Shown: in pieces, positions 9,694 to 18,454 of the stretch | Layout: each line of letters opens with the position of its first letter | How positions within the stretch are numbered: position 1 is the first letter of the stretch | From: Candidatus Aenigmatarchaeota archaeon | GTDB lineage: Archaea > Aenigmatarchaeota > Aenigmatarchaeia > GW2011-AR5 | NCBI GenBank assembly: GCA_026397375.1 | Contig: JAPLUZ010000049.1 | Span: 1-37,298 of the forward strand | DNA: 37,298 bases | Reading direction: 5' to 3' | The notes under the pieces: generated by a model | What the model saw: the letters and a program-made list of their open reading frames with translations, nothing else | The model's database searches: none | Told to the model about the DNA's origin: nothing | Translations under genes and position numbers: made by a program

Positions 9694-10881
9694 ATGATAG
9701 TTATGCCTAAAAAAATAAAGAAAACAGCAAAAAAAGAAGTGCAAACGGACAAGCACAAGCACGATAAGCAATTAGAGGCAATAAGAAAGAGAAAAATAAA
9801 GCTGGCTGAGAAATTCAAGGACGAAGTTCTTAAGAAATATAAAAGTATGATCAAGGCCGTTGTTTTGTTTGGTTCTTTGACAAGGCAGGATTACCACGAA
9901 AAAAGCGACGTGGACATGTTAGTAATAATAGATGATGTTGTTACAAGGTTTACACCGGAAATGAAGGATGCATTTGATGACAAATTACACGAGATTGCTA
10001 AGTCAATCTCGGAAGATATTACAGTACAGCCGGCGTGGACGCTGTCGGAGTTCTGGGACATGGCGCGAATCGGACATCCGCTTCTTTACACGATCGTGCG
10101 CGACGGCTGGGCGCTTTATGATACTGGCTTCTTTATTCCTATCCGCAAGCTGCTGGAACTGGGCAAAATTCCCACCACTTTAGAAGCTGTGGAAAAATTC
10201 ATGGAGACTGCGCCACAAAAAATAAACAGAGTAGAGACAGCAAAATTGTACATGGTTGCTGAGGATCTTTATTACGCAATGCTGAACAGCTCGCAGGCTG
10301 TGCTGATGTACATGGGCTACAATCCGCCTTCACCAAAGCACACGCCCGTGGATGTGAAAGAATACCTAGTAGACGCGAAGCTGCTGGAACAAGAGTATTT
10401 AGATGATCTTAATTACATCATTGATTTCAGAAAACAGGTGGAGCACAAGGAAATAAAGGACATAACCGGCCAGCATTTGGACGAATTGATAGGCAAGTCA
10501 AAAAAATTCGTGTCACGCATGGAGCAACTGCTCATGCAGCTGCAAAAGAAGAAGAAGGAAACAATAGTAGAAAAGAATTATGAAGTAATGATAAAGGCGG
10601 CTGTATCGGCATTAAAGAAAATGGAAAAGCTGCCGCCTGATCCAAAGGACCTGCCAGGCGCGATAAAGTCCTATCTTATTGATACAAAGATGGTCGATTC
10701 CTATTTTGACGACATATTCAAGAAGGTAATAACCATGAGAAAGATGCTTGACGAAGACAAGATAAACGAGATACCTCAAAAGGACATAGAATTAACAAGA
10801 GAGTACGTGCGCCGCTTCGTTGAGGACCTGAGGCCTGTCATAGAGAAGCCCATAAAGAAGACAAGTTCTAAGAAGAAATAA
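9694..10881 (+). CDS. Pol-beta-superfamily nucleotidyltransferase (MNT) fused to HEPN and a second HEPN-like domain
   Basis: LFGS..R......SDVDMLVIIDD, HEPN-type helix LYYAMLNSSQAVL, Rx4H motif RKQVEH, and an internal repeat at the C-terminus. Confidence 0.82.
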   Translation: MIVMPKKIKKTAKKEVQTDKHKHDKQLEAIRKRKIKLAEKFKDEVLKKYKSMIKAVVLFGSLTRQDYHEKSDVDMLVIIDDVVTRFTPEMKDAFDDKLHEIAKSISEDITVQPAWTLSEFWDMARIGHPLLYTIVRDGWALYDTGFFIPIRKLLELGKIPTTLEAVEKFMETAPQKINRVETAKLYMVAEDLYYAMLNSSQAVLMYMGYNPPSPKHTPVDVKEYLVDAKLLEQEYLDDLNYIIDFRKQVEHKEIKDITGQHLDELIGKSKKFVSRMEQLLMQLQKKKKETIVEKNYEVMIKAAVSALKKMEKLPPDPKDLPGAIKSYLIDTKMVDSYFDDIFKKVITMRKMLDEDKINEIPQKDIELTREYVRRFVEDLRPVIEKPIKKTSSKKK

Positions 10882-11003
10882 AGAGAAAGCGGCAATTTTC
10901 TAAACTATTCTTCCTTTTACATTACTATTCAATTACGTCTGCATTACAGAATAAAGCATAAAAAGACTCATTCTGTAGTAGTGACAACGAAAGGGTGTTA
11001 AAA

Positions 11004-11225
11004 ATGGGATTTGATTTTCATGTGCACGGTTTATGGATAATAGGTGCACTGTTCTTTTTCGTAGCAGGCATAATGGCTGGAAACCTGCACTGGGTTGAGG
11101 GCACAACGGAGTGGAGCTTCGGCGTGTCAGCTGTTCTCATATTTCTTCTGTTCTTAGTGGCTGCCATGTTCTGGATATCTGCTGCAGTGAACGCAAGACA
11201 CGAGGAATATGCAAGCAGAAGGTAA
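11004..11225 (+). CDS. Small 2-TM membrane protein
   Basis: Two hydrophobic helices, with a GGGTG SD before ATG 11004. Confidence 0.7.
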   Translation: MGFDFHVHGLWIIGALFFFVAGIMAGNLHWVEGTTEWSFGVSAVLIFLLFLVAAMFWISAAVNARHEEYASRR

Positions 11226-11279
11226 AAGTAAGACAGGAATTTCCGACAGTTTTTTTCACTATAATTCTAGAATCAGAAT

Positions 11280-11840
11280 TTAAACGATCTTTTTCTCGCC
11301 AAGAAGCTGCGTTCTGCGGATCTCTATGCCTGCGACGGGATAAACTTTGTTACACGTTTTTCTTATTTCGCTCTGGAGGCTGCCTTTGATCACGGCGTTG
11401 ATGAGGTCTTCAAAGGTCATCTTCTCGACGATTTCCTGGACTTGTTTCTTGGCTACAGCTCGGGTGGCGTCCTTCATTGACGTGCCTACCCGCTTCAAGA
11501 GGACGAAGACAGTTTTTACGCGTACTTTTAAGCCGTCCTTTGTTGTTACATCGTTGACAACGTCAACCCTGCGGCCGTGCCTTTGAACCATTCTATAGAT
11601 GCGCTCGGTCATTGTGTCGTGGCCTATAATTTTTGTGAATGCTTTCTGGCCTTCCACCTTGTCGATCCGCAAATTTAATTTGATATAAAATTTTGAGTAG
11701 TCCTTTATTACTTCCAACAGGTTGACTTCCAGTACGCGGCCGATAAGGTGCTTTGGCTCAACAGCCAGTGTCTCGCCTATCACGGGCTCGCCGAACATCT
11801 TTGGCGCAACGATTTCATACCACTGCTTTTTCAATGCCAT
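11280..11840 (-). CDS. rps3ae: 30S ribosomal protein S3ae (eS1)
   Basis: KQWYEIVAPKMF...IGETLA, DVTTKDG and VYPV..IEIRR. Confidence 0.93.
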   Translation of the reverse strand: MALKKQWYEIVAPKMFGEPVIGETLAVEPKHLIGRVLEVNLLEVIKDYSKFYIKLNLRIDKVEGQKAFTKIIGHDTMTERIYRMVQRHGRRVDVVNDVTTKDGLKVRVKTVFVLLKRVGTSMKDATRAVAKKQVQEIVEKMTFEDLINAVIKGSLQSEIRKTCNKVYPVAGIEIRRTQLLGEKKIV

Positions 11841-11883
11841 AATAACCAGTCTTATTCACTTAATCAGAAAGATTTAAAAGAGT

Positions 11884-12537
11884 TTATTTAGGCTGCCTTC
11901 GGAACTCCGGAAACATCTCTTTCCATAATTCTTCGTCTTCGCCGACAAAGTCATCGGTTTCGTGACCGAATGCAACCCACGGCGGGTAGTTTTTCCCGTC
12001 GATCACCTTTCTGAAAAAAGGTTGCACAGAATAGTCAGGTTCCATGTCGGTCTCATTGGCTTCAGGCTTCACGTAGGGCGTTATTGTAAGGATATTCTTT
12101 CTGCTTATTGCCAGCAATCTTTTTATTTCACGCACGGTTTTACCCCTGTCAAATATGTCTTCTATGATTATGACTTCATCGTACTGCTTCAACAACTCAA
12201 GCGCCTGGCCTATGTCGTTCATGTCTATGTTGACTTCAGATTCCACGTTTATTTCTCCTGGCTTGTAACGGCTGGCTTTTATTGGAACGTAATCCAAATC
12301 TATCTTTCCGTTTTTCTGTAGACGCTTGCGAAGCTCGCCGCTGACAGGAAGAAACACGGCAGAGCCGCCTCTCATCACAGGCGCAAGGAGAGGCGGTTTT
12401 TTGTTATACTGGCCAATCTTGTCTTTTAGCACATCATCGATAAGTTCGTAGGAATCAGCATACAGTCCATTCGGATGTATAGGCACAATGTAGCAGCCGT
12501 CCTTGATATAAAACCCGTTTTTGCATTCGTACGCCAT
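11884..12537 (-). CDS. Type I phosphoribosyltransferase
   Basis: VMRGG, PRPP-binding loop VIIIEDIFDRGKT, PDY and WVAF. Confidence 0.82.
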   Translation of the reverse strand: MAYECKNGFYIKDGCYIVPIHPNGLYADSYELIDDVLKDKIGQYNKKPPLLAPVMRGGSAVFLPVSGELRKRLQKNGKIDLDYVPIKASRYKPGEINVESEVNIDMNDIGQALELLKQYDEVIIIEDIFDRGKTVREIKRLLAISRKNILTITPYVKPEANETDMEPDYSVQPFFRKVIDGKNYPPWVAFGHETDDFVGEDEELWKEMFPEFRRQPK

Positions 12538-12589
12538 CTGATAAGAATAAAATCAATCTTTTTAAGTACGTTAAAGCTGAATCTTAATT

Positions 12590-14251
12590 ATGAAATTCTC
12601 TGACCTGGTTGGCCTGTACAAGAAACTGGAGGCAACGCCGAAAAAGCTTGAGAAGACAGAAATACTGGCGGAGTTCTACAAAAAATGTTCTGAGGATGAT
12701 TTGTACAAAGCAGTTGTTCTGTCGATGGGCACTGTTTTTCCCCGCGGCGACGAGGATCTGGGCATAGCAGACGGCATGATAAAAAAAGTAATATCGAAGG
12801 TCACCGGCTATTCTAATGATAAAGTCATTAACATATTCAAGACAACCGGCGACTTGGGTCTTACCGCAGAGAAATTAATGCAGCACAGAAAACAAAAGCC
12901 GCTGACAAAGAGGGTAGTGACAATTGACTTGGTTTTTGACGACCTCAGAGGATTGCCTGAATTGACAGGTGCAGGCAGCCAGGAAAGGAAAATAGACCTT
13001 GTATCAGAGCTAATGACAAATTCAAGTCCGGAAGAGGCAAAATATATTGTTCGCATTTGCCTGTCGCAGATGAGGATAGGCGTTGCAGCTGGCCTGGTAA
13101 GGGACGCCATTGCCAAAGCGTTTGACCAGGATAAGAAAGAAGTAGAGCACATTTACAATCTTGTCGGCGACTACGGCAGCGTCGCGGAAAAGGCAAAAAA
13201 AGGCCACATGAAAGCAGAAATAGAGATAGGCAAGCCGATAAATGTTATGCTTGCAGATCGCGGCGGCAGCGACGTTGTTGCTGCTGTGAAGGAATTTGAA
13301 AAAGCCGCTATCGAAACGAAATATGATGGCTTTAGGTGCATCATCCACAAGGACGGAGAGAAAATAAAAGTCTTCTCCCGCAGGCTTGAAGATGTCACAA
13401 AACAGTTTCCTGACATTGTAAAATATGCAGCAGAGGCGTTGAAGGCAAAGCAGTGCATCGTGGACGGAGAAGCTGTGGCCTATGACTACGAGAGAAACAG
13501 GACATTGGCTTTCCAAAAGCTGTCAAGACGCATACAGCGCAAGTATGATATAGAAAAAACGGTAAAAGAAATCCCTGTGCAGGTCAACCTGTTTGATATA
13601 ATTTATTTGGAAGGCGAAAGCATGATGGATTTGCCATTGACAGAGCGATGGCCAGCGCTGAAAAAAATAATAAAGGAAACAAAAAGCATGAAGCTGGCAA
13701 CGCATTTGGAAACAAAGGACGGAAAAGAAGCTGAGAAATTTTATGAAAATGCTCTTAAGGACGGCCAGGAGGGCGTCATCGTAAAGAACATGGAAGCCAA
13801 ATACCAGCCAGGCCGCAGAGTTGGTTATTGGGTCAAGGTGAAACCAATAATGGAACCATTGGATTTAGTAATAACGGGCGCGGAATGGGGTGAAGGCAAA
13901 AGGGCAAAATGGTTATCGTCAATGATTCTTGCATGCAAAGCAGGCAATAAGTTTTTGGAAACAGGCAAAATGGCTTCCGGGTTCACAGAAGACCAATTAG
14001 AGGAATTGACAAAGAAATTGAAAAGTCTGACAATAGAAACAAAGGGCAAGGAAGTCAAAGTAAAGCCGGAGGTCGTCGTGGAAATAGGCTACGAGGAAAT
14101 ACAGGCGTCGTCCAAGTATGAATCAGGATACGCACTGAGATTTCCAAGATTATTAAGGATAAGAGACGCTAGCGAGAAGGGACCTGCTGACGCAGACACA
14201 CTACAAACAATAGAAAAACTGTACAAATTGCAGAGAGGAAGGAAGAAATAA
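12590..14251 (+). CDS. lig: ATP-dependent DNA ligase
   Basis: Motif I KYDGFR, DGEAV, EGVIVK, WVKVK, LDLVITGAEWGEGKR and ALRFPR. Confidence 0.97.
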   Translation: MKFSDLVGLYKKLEATPKKLEKTEILAEFYKKCSEDDLYKAVVLSMGTVFPRGDEDLGIADGMIKKVISKVTGYSNDKVINIFKTTGDLGLTAEKLMQHRKQKPLTKRVVTIDLVFDDLRGLPELTGAGSQERKIDLVSELMTNSSPEEAKYIVRICLSQMRIGVAAGLVRDAIAKAFDQDKKEVEHIYNLVGDYGSVAEKAKKGHMKAEIEIGKPINVMLADRGGSDVVAAVKEFEKAAIETKYDGFRCIIHKDGEKIKVFSRRLEDVTKQFPDIVKYAAEALKAKQCIVDGEAVAYDYERNRTLAFQKLSRRIQRKYDIEKTVKEIPVQVNLFDIIYLEGESMMDLPLTERWPALKKIIKETKSMKLATHLETKDGKEAEKFYENALKDGQEGVIVKNMEAKYQPGRRVGYWVKVKPIMEPLDLVITGAEWGEGKRAKWLSSMILACKAGNKFLETGKMASGFTEDQLEELTKKLKSLTIETKGKEVKVKPEVVVEIGYEEIQASSKYESGYALRFPRLLRIRDASEKGPADADTLQTIEKLYKLQRGRKK

Positions 14252-14253
14252 TC

Positions 14254-14949
14254 CTACTTTCTTTTCCTCAGGAATTCTTCCACTTTTTCGATGTCTTCAG
14301 GCTTTCCCAAGTCGATCCAGGTTTTTGCATGAATCACCCGGACCTTTTTCTTTTTTGCAAGAAGCATGATGGCGTCGGTTATCTCGTATTCGCCGCGGGG
14401 TGATTTGTGTATGGTCTTTATTGCTTCGAATATTTCTGGTGTGAATTTGTAGAGGCCGGTGTTAATCATATTGGAAGGCGGGTGGTCTGGCTTTTCAACT
14501 AGTTTTTCAACAAAGCCGTCTTTTTCAACGATTATGCCAAACCTTCTCGGGTCGTCGTGGTGATAACCGGCCATGTAGCAAAAATCATCGTCTTTTTTTA
14601 TCGACATGATGTCGTTTTCGGAATAAATGTTGTCAGCCATGATCACCAGAAAATTATCTTTGTTGACAAAGCGCTGCGCGCAACCAATGGCGTGGGCTGT
14701 GCCTATTTGTTCTTTTTGCTCGATTATTTTGCATTTCAAATTCTTGCTTTTCAGGAAATCAACTATTTTCTCTTTTTTGTAGCCAACAACTATGCCTATG
14801 TCCTTGTCAACAAAGCCGGAATTGTGAATAATCTCAAAAAGATATGCGAGAAATGGATGATTGTCAATCTCAATCATTGGCTTTGGCCTGTCCAGTGTCA
14901 GGTGGTTCATTCTCACGCCCTTGCCAGCAGCCAGAATAACTATTTTCAT
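14254..14949 (-). CDS. Sugar-phosphate nucleotidyltransferase (RmlA/GlmU N-terminal-like)
   Basis: ILAAGKGVRM..LT..RPKPM, GTAHAI, VEKP, SPRGEYEITDA and WIDLG. Confidence 0.9.
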   Translation of the reverse strand: MKIVILAAGKGVRMNHLTLDRPKPMIEIDNHPFLAYLFEIIHNSGFVDKDIGIVVGYKKEKIVDFLKSKNLKCKIIEQKEQIGTAHAIGCAQRFVNKDNFLVIMADNIYSENDIMSIKKDDDFCYMAGYHHDDPRRFGIIVEKDGFVEKLVEKPDHPPSNMINTGLYKFTPEIFEAIKTIHKSPRGEYEITDAIMLLAKKKKVRVIHAKTWIDLGKPEDIEKVEEFLRKRK

Positions 14950-15012
14950 ATATTTCTCATCTGTCTATAATTGGAAAAACTTATAAGATGGTGCTGAAAT
15001 GCATTTGTTTCA

Positions 15013-15663
15013 TTATTTTCTTTCTTCTGTTTGCTTTTCCAGAAGTTCCCATAATTCGTCCAAGACAGATTTTGGTATATTCACATTTGTAATTTTTTTA
15101 AGATCCTCTAAAAAACAGCCTAATTCAAATATGGCTTTTGGTTTTCCGAGTTTAGTCTGGTTCTTAGCCTCTTCAATTATCAACGTCCAATCGATTTTCA
15201 TACTATCTATTATTTTTCTCACATCGTCTTTGTCTTTGACCCTTTCAGTCGCACATTTCATAAGAATAATATCGTGTAAATCCGCGATTTTTAATATCAA
15301 GTTTTCATCATACTGATATATCTGAACAGCTCTCTCTCGCATCTTTTCAGAAAATATGAAATCTATAACATTGACCACAAACAAATCAAATCTACTTTCA
15401 CCTAAAGTAAGCATTTCAGGAGAATCTCTTTTAACGCCGTATACGACGATAGGATCAATCGGCTGATACCCAATCGATTTAATAGCGTCTTTGAACACTT
15501 CTCTATCCTCATTGGTTTCAAAAACAAGATCTATATCAAGCGTAGTATCTTTAATGCCCAGAAATGTCATAGCGGTACCGCCTACTGCATATACTGTCAT
15601 CTTTTTTTTCAATTTTCTCGATACGTTAATGAACAATTTTTGCTGTTCTTCTAGTGTTATCAT
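15013..15663 (-). CDS. AbiEii-like / DUF6036-type nucleotidyltransferase (putative type IV TA toxin)
   Basis: AVGGTAM, TLDIDL, and ILMK...R.KD..D. ATGA overlap with the upstream wHTH gene. Confidence 0.75.
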   Translation of the reverse strand: MITLEEQQKLFINVSRKLKKKMTVYAVGGTAMTFLGIKDTTLDIDLVFETNEDREVFKDAIKSIGYQPIDPIVVYGVKRDSPEMLTLGESRFDLFVVNVIDFIFSEKMRERAVQIYQYDENLILKIADLHDIILMKCATERVKDKDDVRKIIDSMKIDWTLIIEEAKNQTKLGKPKAIFELGCFLEDLKKITNVNIPKSVLDELWELLEKQTEERK

Positions 15664-16280
15664 CTGTAATCCTCCAGATCTTTTTGGTTAAATGGTAAGT
15701 AGACTTTCCATACCGTTTCGATATCGTTGAAGTCTTTAGATTTTAAATCCGGTACAATATAAACAAAATTATATTGTTCTTTTGGAAGAGCAGCAGTTCT
15801 GAATTTTTTTGTCATTCTTCTTGTTCTCATGATTTTTCTTGCTAAATCATACAAGGCCCCGACTTGTCTTTCGATACGATTTTCTTTGCTTAATCTATAC
15901 AATTCGCTCCAATTATTGATCTTTTTGAATAAAGCCAATGCGGCAAGAATTGTTCTGAGACTTCCTGTCTTGATAGCATAAATTAACGTTTCTTCCAAAG
16001 TTGGTTCTTTCCCGTAAATTTTGTATGTTTGCGCGGTTGATATTTTTACAGGAGAATATGTATTAATTATCTCACGATAATCAAAACCTTCTAATTTATT
16101 TTCGAAAGAAATATAATACACTCTTGTATTATTGTTCAATCTTTTCGTTTTGACATATCCCCGTTTTCTTAGTCGATATATATAGTAAATCGCCTTTCCC
16201 TTGCTTATACCAAGTGTATCCATCACAGTATTGATTGTATGGATTCCTTCAAGCCTTTTCAGCAGATTTTTAGTTTCCAT
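15660..16280 (-). CDS. wHTH-domain protein (putative AbiEi-like antitoxin/regulator)
   Basis: N-terminal wHTH (TINTVMDTLGISKGKAIYYIYRLRKRGYV). A TATA box ~25 nt upstream supports a leaderless ATG at 16280. Confidence 0.65.
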   Translation of the reverse strand: METKNLLKRLEGIHTINTVMDTLGISKGKAIYYIYRLRKRGYVKTKRLNNNTRVYYISFENKLEGFDYREIINTYSPVKISTAQTYKIYGKEPTLEETLIYAIKTGSLRTILAALALFKKINNWSELYRLSKENRIERQVGALYDLARKIMRTRRMTKKFRTAALPKEQYNFVYIVPDLKSKDFNDIETVWKVYLPFNQKDLEDYR

Positions 16281-16362
16281 AGTTAAATGTAGCCTCAATG
16301 ATATATAAAGATTACTGTAGTATCATGATTTAGAGTTAAATGTAGCCTCAATGATATATAAA
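16281..16362 (-). repeat. Perfect 29-bp direct repeat containing the promoter TATA box
   Basis: AGTTAAATGTAGCCTCAATGATATATAAA at 16281-16309 and 16334-16362. On the minus strand each copy begins TTTATATA. Confidence 0.92.
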
Positions 16363-16717
16363 CTTAAATAATTTAGTATATATTGTATAATCTATATCGT
16401 ACAGGTGCTTTACTTCTAATGCTTAACAAATAACATGCTTTTTGTGCAAAGCCGGAGAACACTAGTTTGAATGGAAAAAACAGCTAAAAATGCCTTTATA
16501 GCCGCTATAAACGGGTTTTATTGCATTTTACCTGTTTCCACAGGCAGCATAGGTATTTAAAGCATACATAAAAAAGATAGAAACCCTTAAATACTTTACG
16601 CAATATAATAAATGGTTTAGTCACCGCGATGTTAAGTTACTTCGCAAAAGTGACACATGGGGTTTGTGGTGGTTCTCTTTTCAAAAAGGTCAAGGTACTG
16701 TGAAAGAGGTGTAGAAA

Positions 16718-17638
16718 ATGGATAAGTGTCCTGAATGCGGTTCAAATCATTTCTATAACGATCCGGAAAAGGCCGAGAAGGTATGTGCCAAGTGCGGCAT
16801 GGTTATAGAAGAGAGTATGGTTGACACAGGACAGGAATGGCGCGCTTTTGACCACGACCAGAAAGTCAAGCGGGCTAGAACAGGTGCACCTCTTACGCAC
16901 AAGAGACATGACAAGGGTTTGACAACAGAAATAGGCAAAGGTACCACAGAACTGTTCAAGGTGCCTGCTAAAAAGCGTTCCCAGTTCTTCCGCATACGTA
17001 AGTGGCAAAAACGTTTGCTTACAAGCAAGGACAGGAACATGAGCTTCGCTCTTTCTGAATTACAGAGATTGATCTCCTACTTAGGTTTACCTAAAACACT
17101 GCACGAGGAAGTAGCAAAGCTTTACGAAAGGGCTTTGCAAAAGAGCCTTGTTAGAGGAAGATCAATAGAATCAATTATAGCTGCGCTGGTTTACGCACTC
17201 TCAAGAGAGTATGAAACACCTAGAACACTGACAGAGATATCACAGGCATCAGGTATAGGCAAAAGAGAACTGGGCAGAACATACAGATATATATCAAGGA
17301 AACTGGATATCAGAATTCTACCGGCCCGCGCCGAAAGTTACATACCAAGATTCTCATCTATGATGAAACTATCTGACAGGACGCAAATGAGGGCAATAAA
17401 GATACTTAGGACTGCTAAAGAAAAGGACGTAATATCAGGAAAAGGCCCTACAGGCTGCGCAGCTGCTGCTATCTACATTGCTTCTGTTTTGGAGGGCGAA
17501 AGAAGGACGCAGCGCGAGGTAGCGGACGTGGTCGGCGTAACAGAAGTCACGATACGCAACAGATACAAAGAGATGGCCGAGGCGCTTGACATAGAAGAGG
17601 AAGTCGAGAAGAAAGCCAAGGAAGAAGAGACTTCTTAA
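16718..17638 (+). CDS. tfb: Transcription initiation factor IIB (TFB)
   Basis: Zn ribbon CPECGS...CAKCG, EWRAF, RTGAP, LVRGRSIE, and RTQREVA...VTEVTIRNRYKE. GAGGTG SD. Confidence 0.97.
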   Translation: MDKCPECGSNHFYNDPEKAEKVCAKCGMVIEESMVDTGQEWRAFDHDQKVKRARTGAPLTHKRHDKGLTTEIGKGTTELFKVPAKKRSQFFRIRKWQKRLLTSKDRNMSFALSELQRLISYLGLPKTLHEEVAKLYERALQKSLVRGRSIESIIAALVYALSREYETPRTLTEISQASGIGKRELGRTYRYISRKLDIRILPARAESYIPRFSSMMKLSDRTQMRAIKILRTAKEKDVISGKGPTGCAAAAIYIASVLEGERRTQREVADVVGVTEVTIRNRYKEMAEALDIEEEVEKKAKEEETS

Positions 17639-17710
17639 ATTTTTCTTATTTCTTATGGTGTAGGGAAGGCGGACAATTGAAAGAAATCAAGAGTCTGGAA
17701 GTGAGATGGA

Positions 17711-18163
17711 ATGTCAAATAATTTCTATTCGTACCCAATAAAACTGACACCTAGCATTAGGATGACCTATACGGATTCTCGCGTACATGTCGGCAGACTG
17801 AAAAATGCCGTCGATTTTATAACTAGAAAAAACACGCCGATAATGGCCGCTCTCGATGGAACCGTTGTCGACGTGAAGCAGGACTCGGATACAGGAGGAG
17901 ATACGGAATACTACGACAAATTCGGGAATTATATTGAAATACGGCATCCGAACGGAGAATATTCTATTTACGAACATATAAAAAAAGACGGATCACTAGT
18001 AAAGAAACGGGACAAGGTAAAAACAGGGCAAATAATCGGGTATTCGGGAGCAACGGGCTGGCTTGCCGGGCTAGGACCCCATCTCCACTTTGATGTGCAC
18101 AAATATTTTGGCGAAGGCCCTGAAGATTACGAGACCGTTGAAATAAGTTGGCAGCGTGACTAG
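17711..18163 (+). CDS. M23-family metallopeptidase (stand-alone catalytic domain)
   Basis: H....AVDF, TPIMAALDGTV, GNYIEIRH, YEH, GQIIGYSGATG and HxH motif PHLHFDV. Confidence 0.9.
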   Translation: MSNNFYSYPIKLTPSIRMTYTDSRVHVGRLKNAVDFITRKNTPIMAALDGTVVDVKQDSDTGGDTEYYDKFGNYIEIRHPNGEYSIYEHIKKDGSLVKKRDKVKTGQIIGYSGATGWLAGLGPHLHFDVHKYFGEGPEDYETVEISWQRD

Positions 18164-18186
18164 TTCTATCTCATAAATCTTTAAAT

Positions 18187-18208
18187 AATAGTTATACAAT
18201 AGTTATAC
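18187..18208 (+). promoter_or_regulatory. Tandem 11-bp repeat upstream of mazE (putative autoregulatory operator)
   Basis: AATAGTTATAC twice (18187-18197 and 18198-18208), between a TTTAAATA box and the ATG. Confidence 0.5.
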
Positions 18209-18220
18209 TTAGTGATTTTT

Positions 18221-18454
18221 ATGGAGACAGAGGCAAAGACGAAGAAGTGGGGAAATTCCATCGGAATTATAATACCAAAGGAAATTATTGACAGCAAAAA
18301 CATAGCTGTTGGTGACGAACTGATTCTTTACATAGAGAAGAAAAAGGACAAAGAAAAAGCGAAACTAATGAAAGAAGGCTATGAGGAAATGAATAAAACA
18401 CTTATGGAAACGCATAAAGAATGGGAAAAGGCTGATGCCGAATGGCCACAGTAA
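18221..18454 (+). CDS. mazE: AbrB/MazE/SpoVT-family antitoxin
   Basis: KKWGNSIGIIIPKEI.....I..GD with an acidic C-terminus. Overlaps the toxin gene. Confidence 0.85.
   Translation: METEAKTKKWGNSIGIIIPKEIIDSKNIAVGDELILYIEKKKDKEKAKLMKEGYEEMNKTLMETHKEWEKADAEWPQ

Noticed and set aside
16281..16362. 29-bp repeat pair as a mini CRISPR array
   Set aside because: Only two copies with a 24-nt spacer, no cas genes, and the repeat coincides with the TATA promoter.
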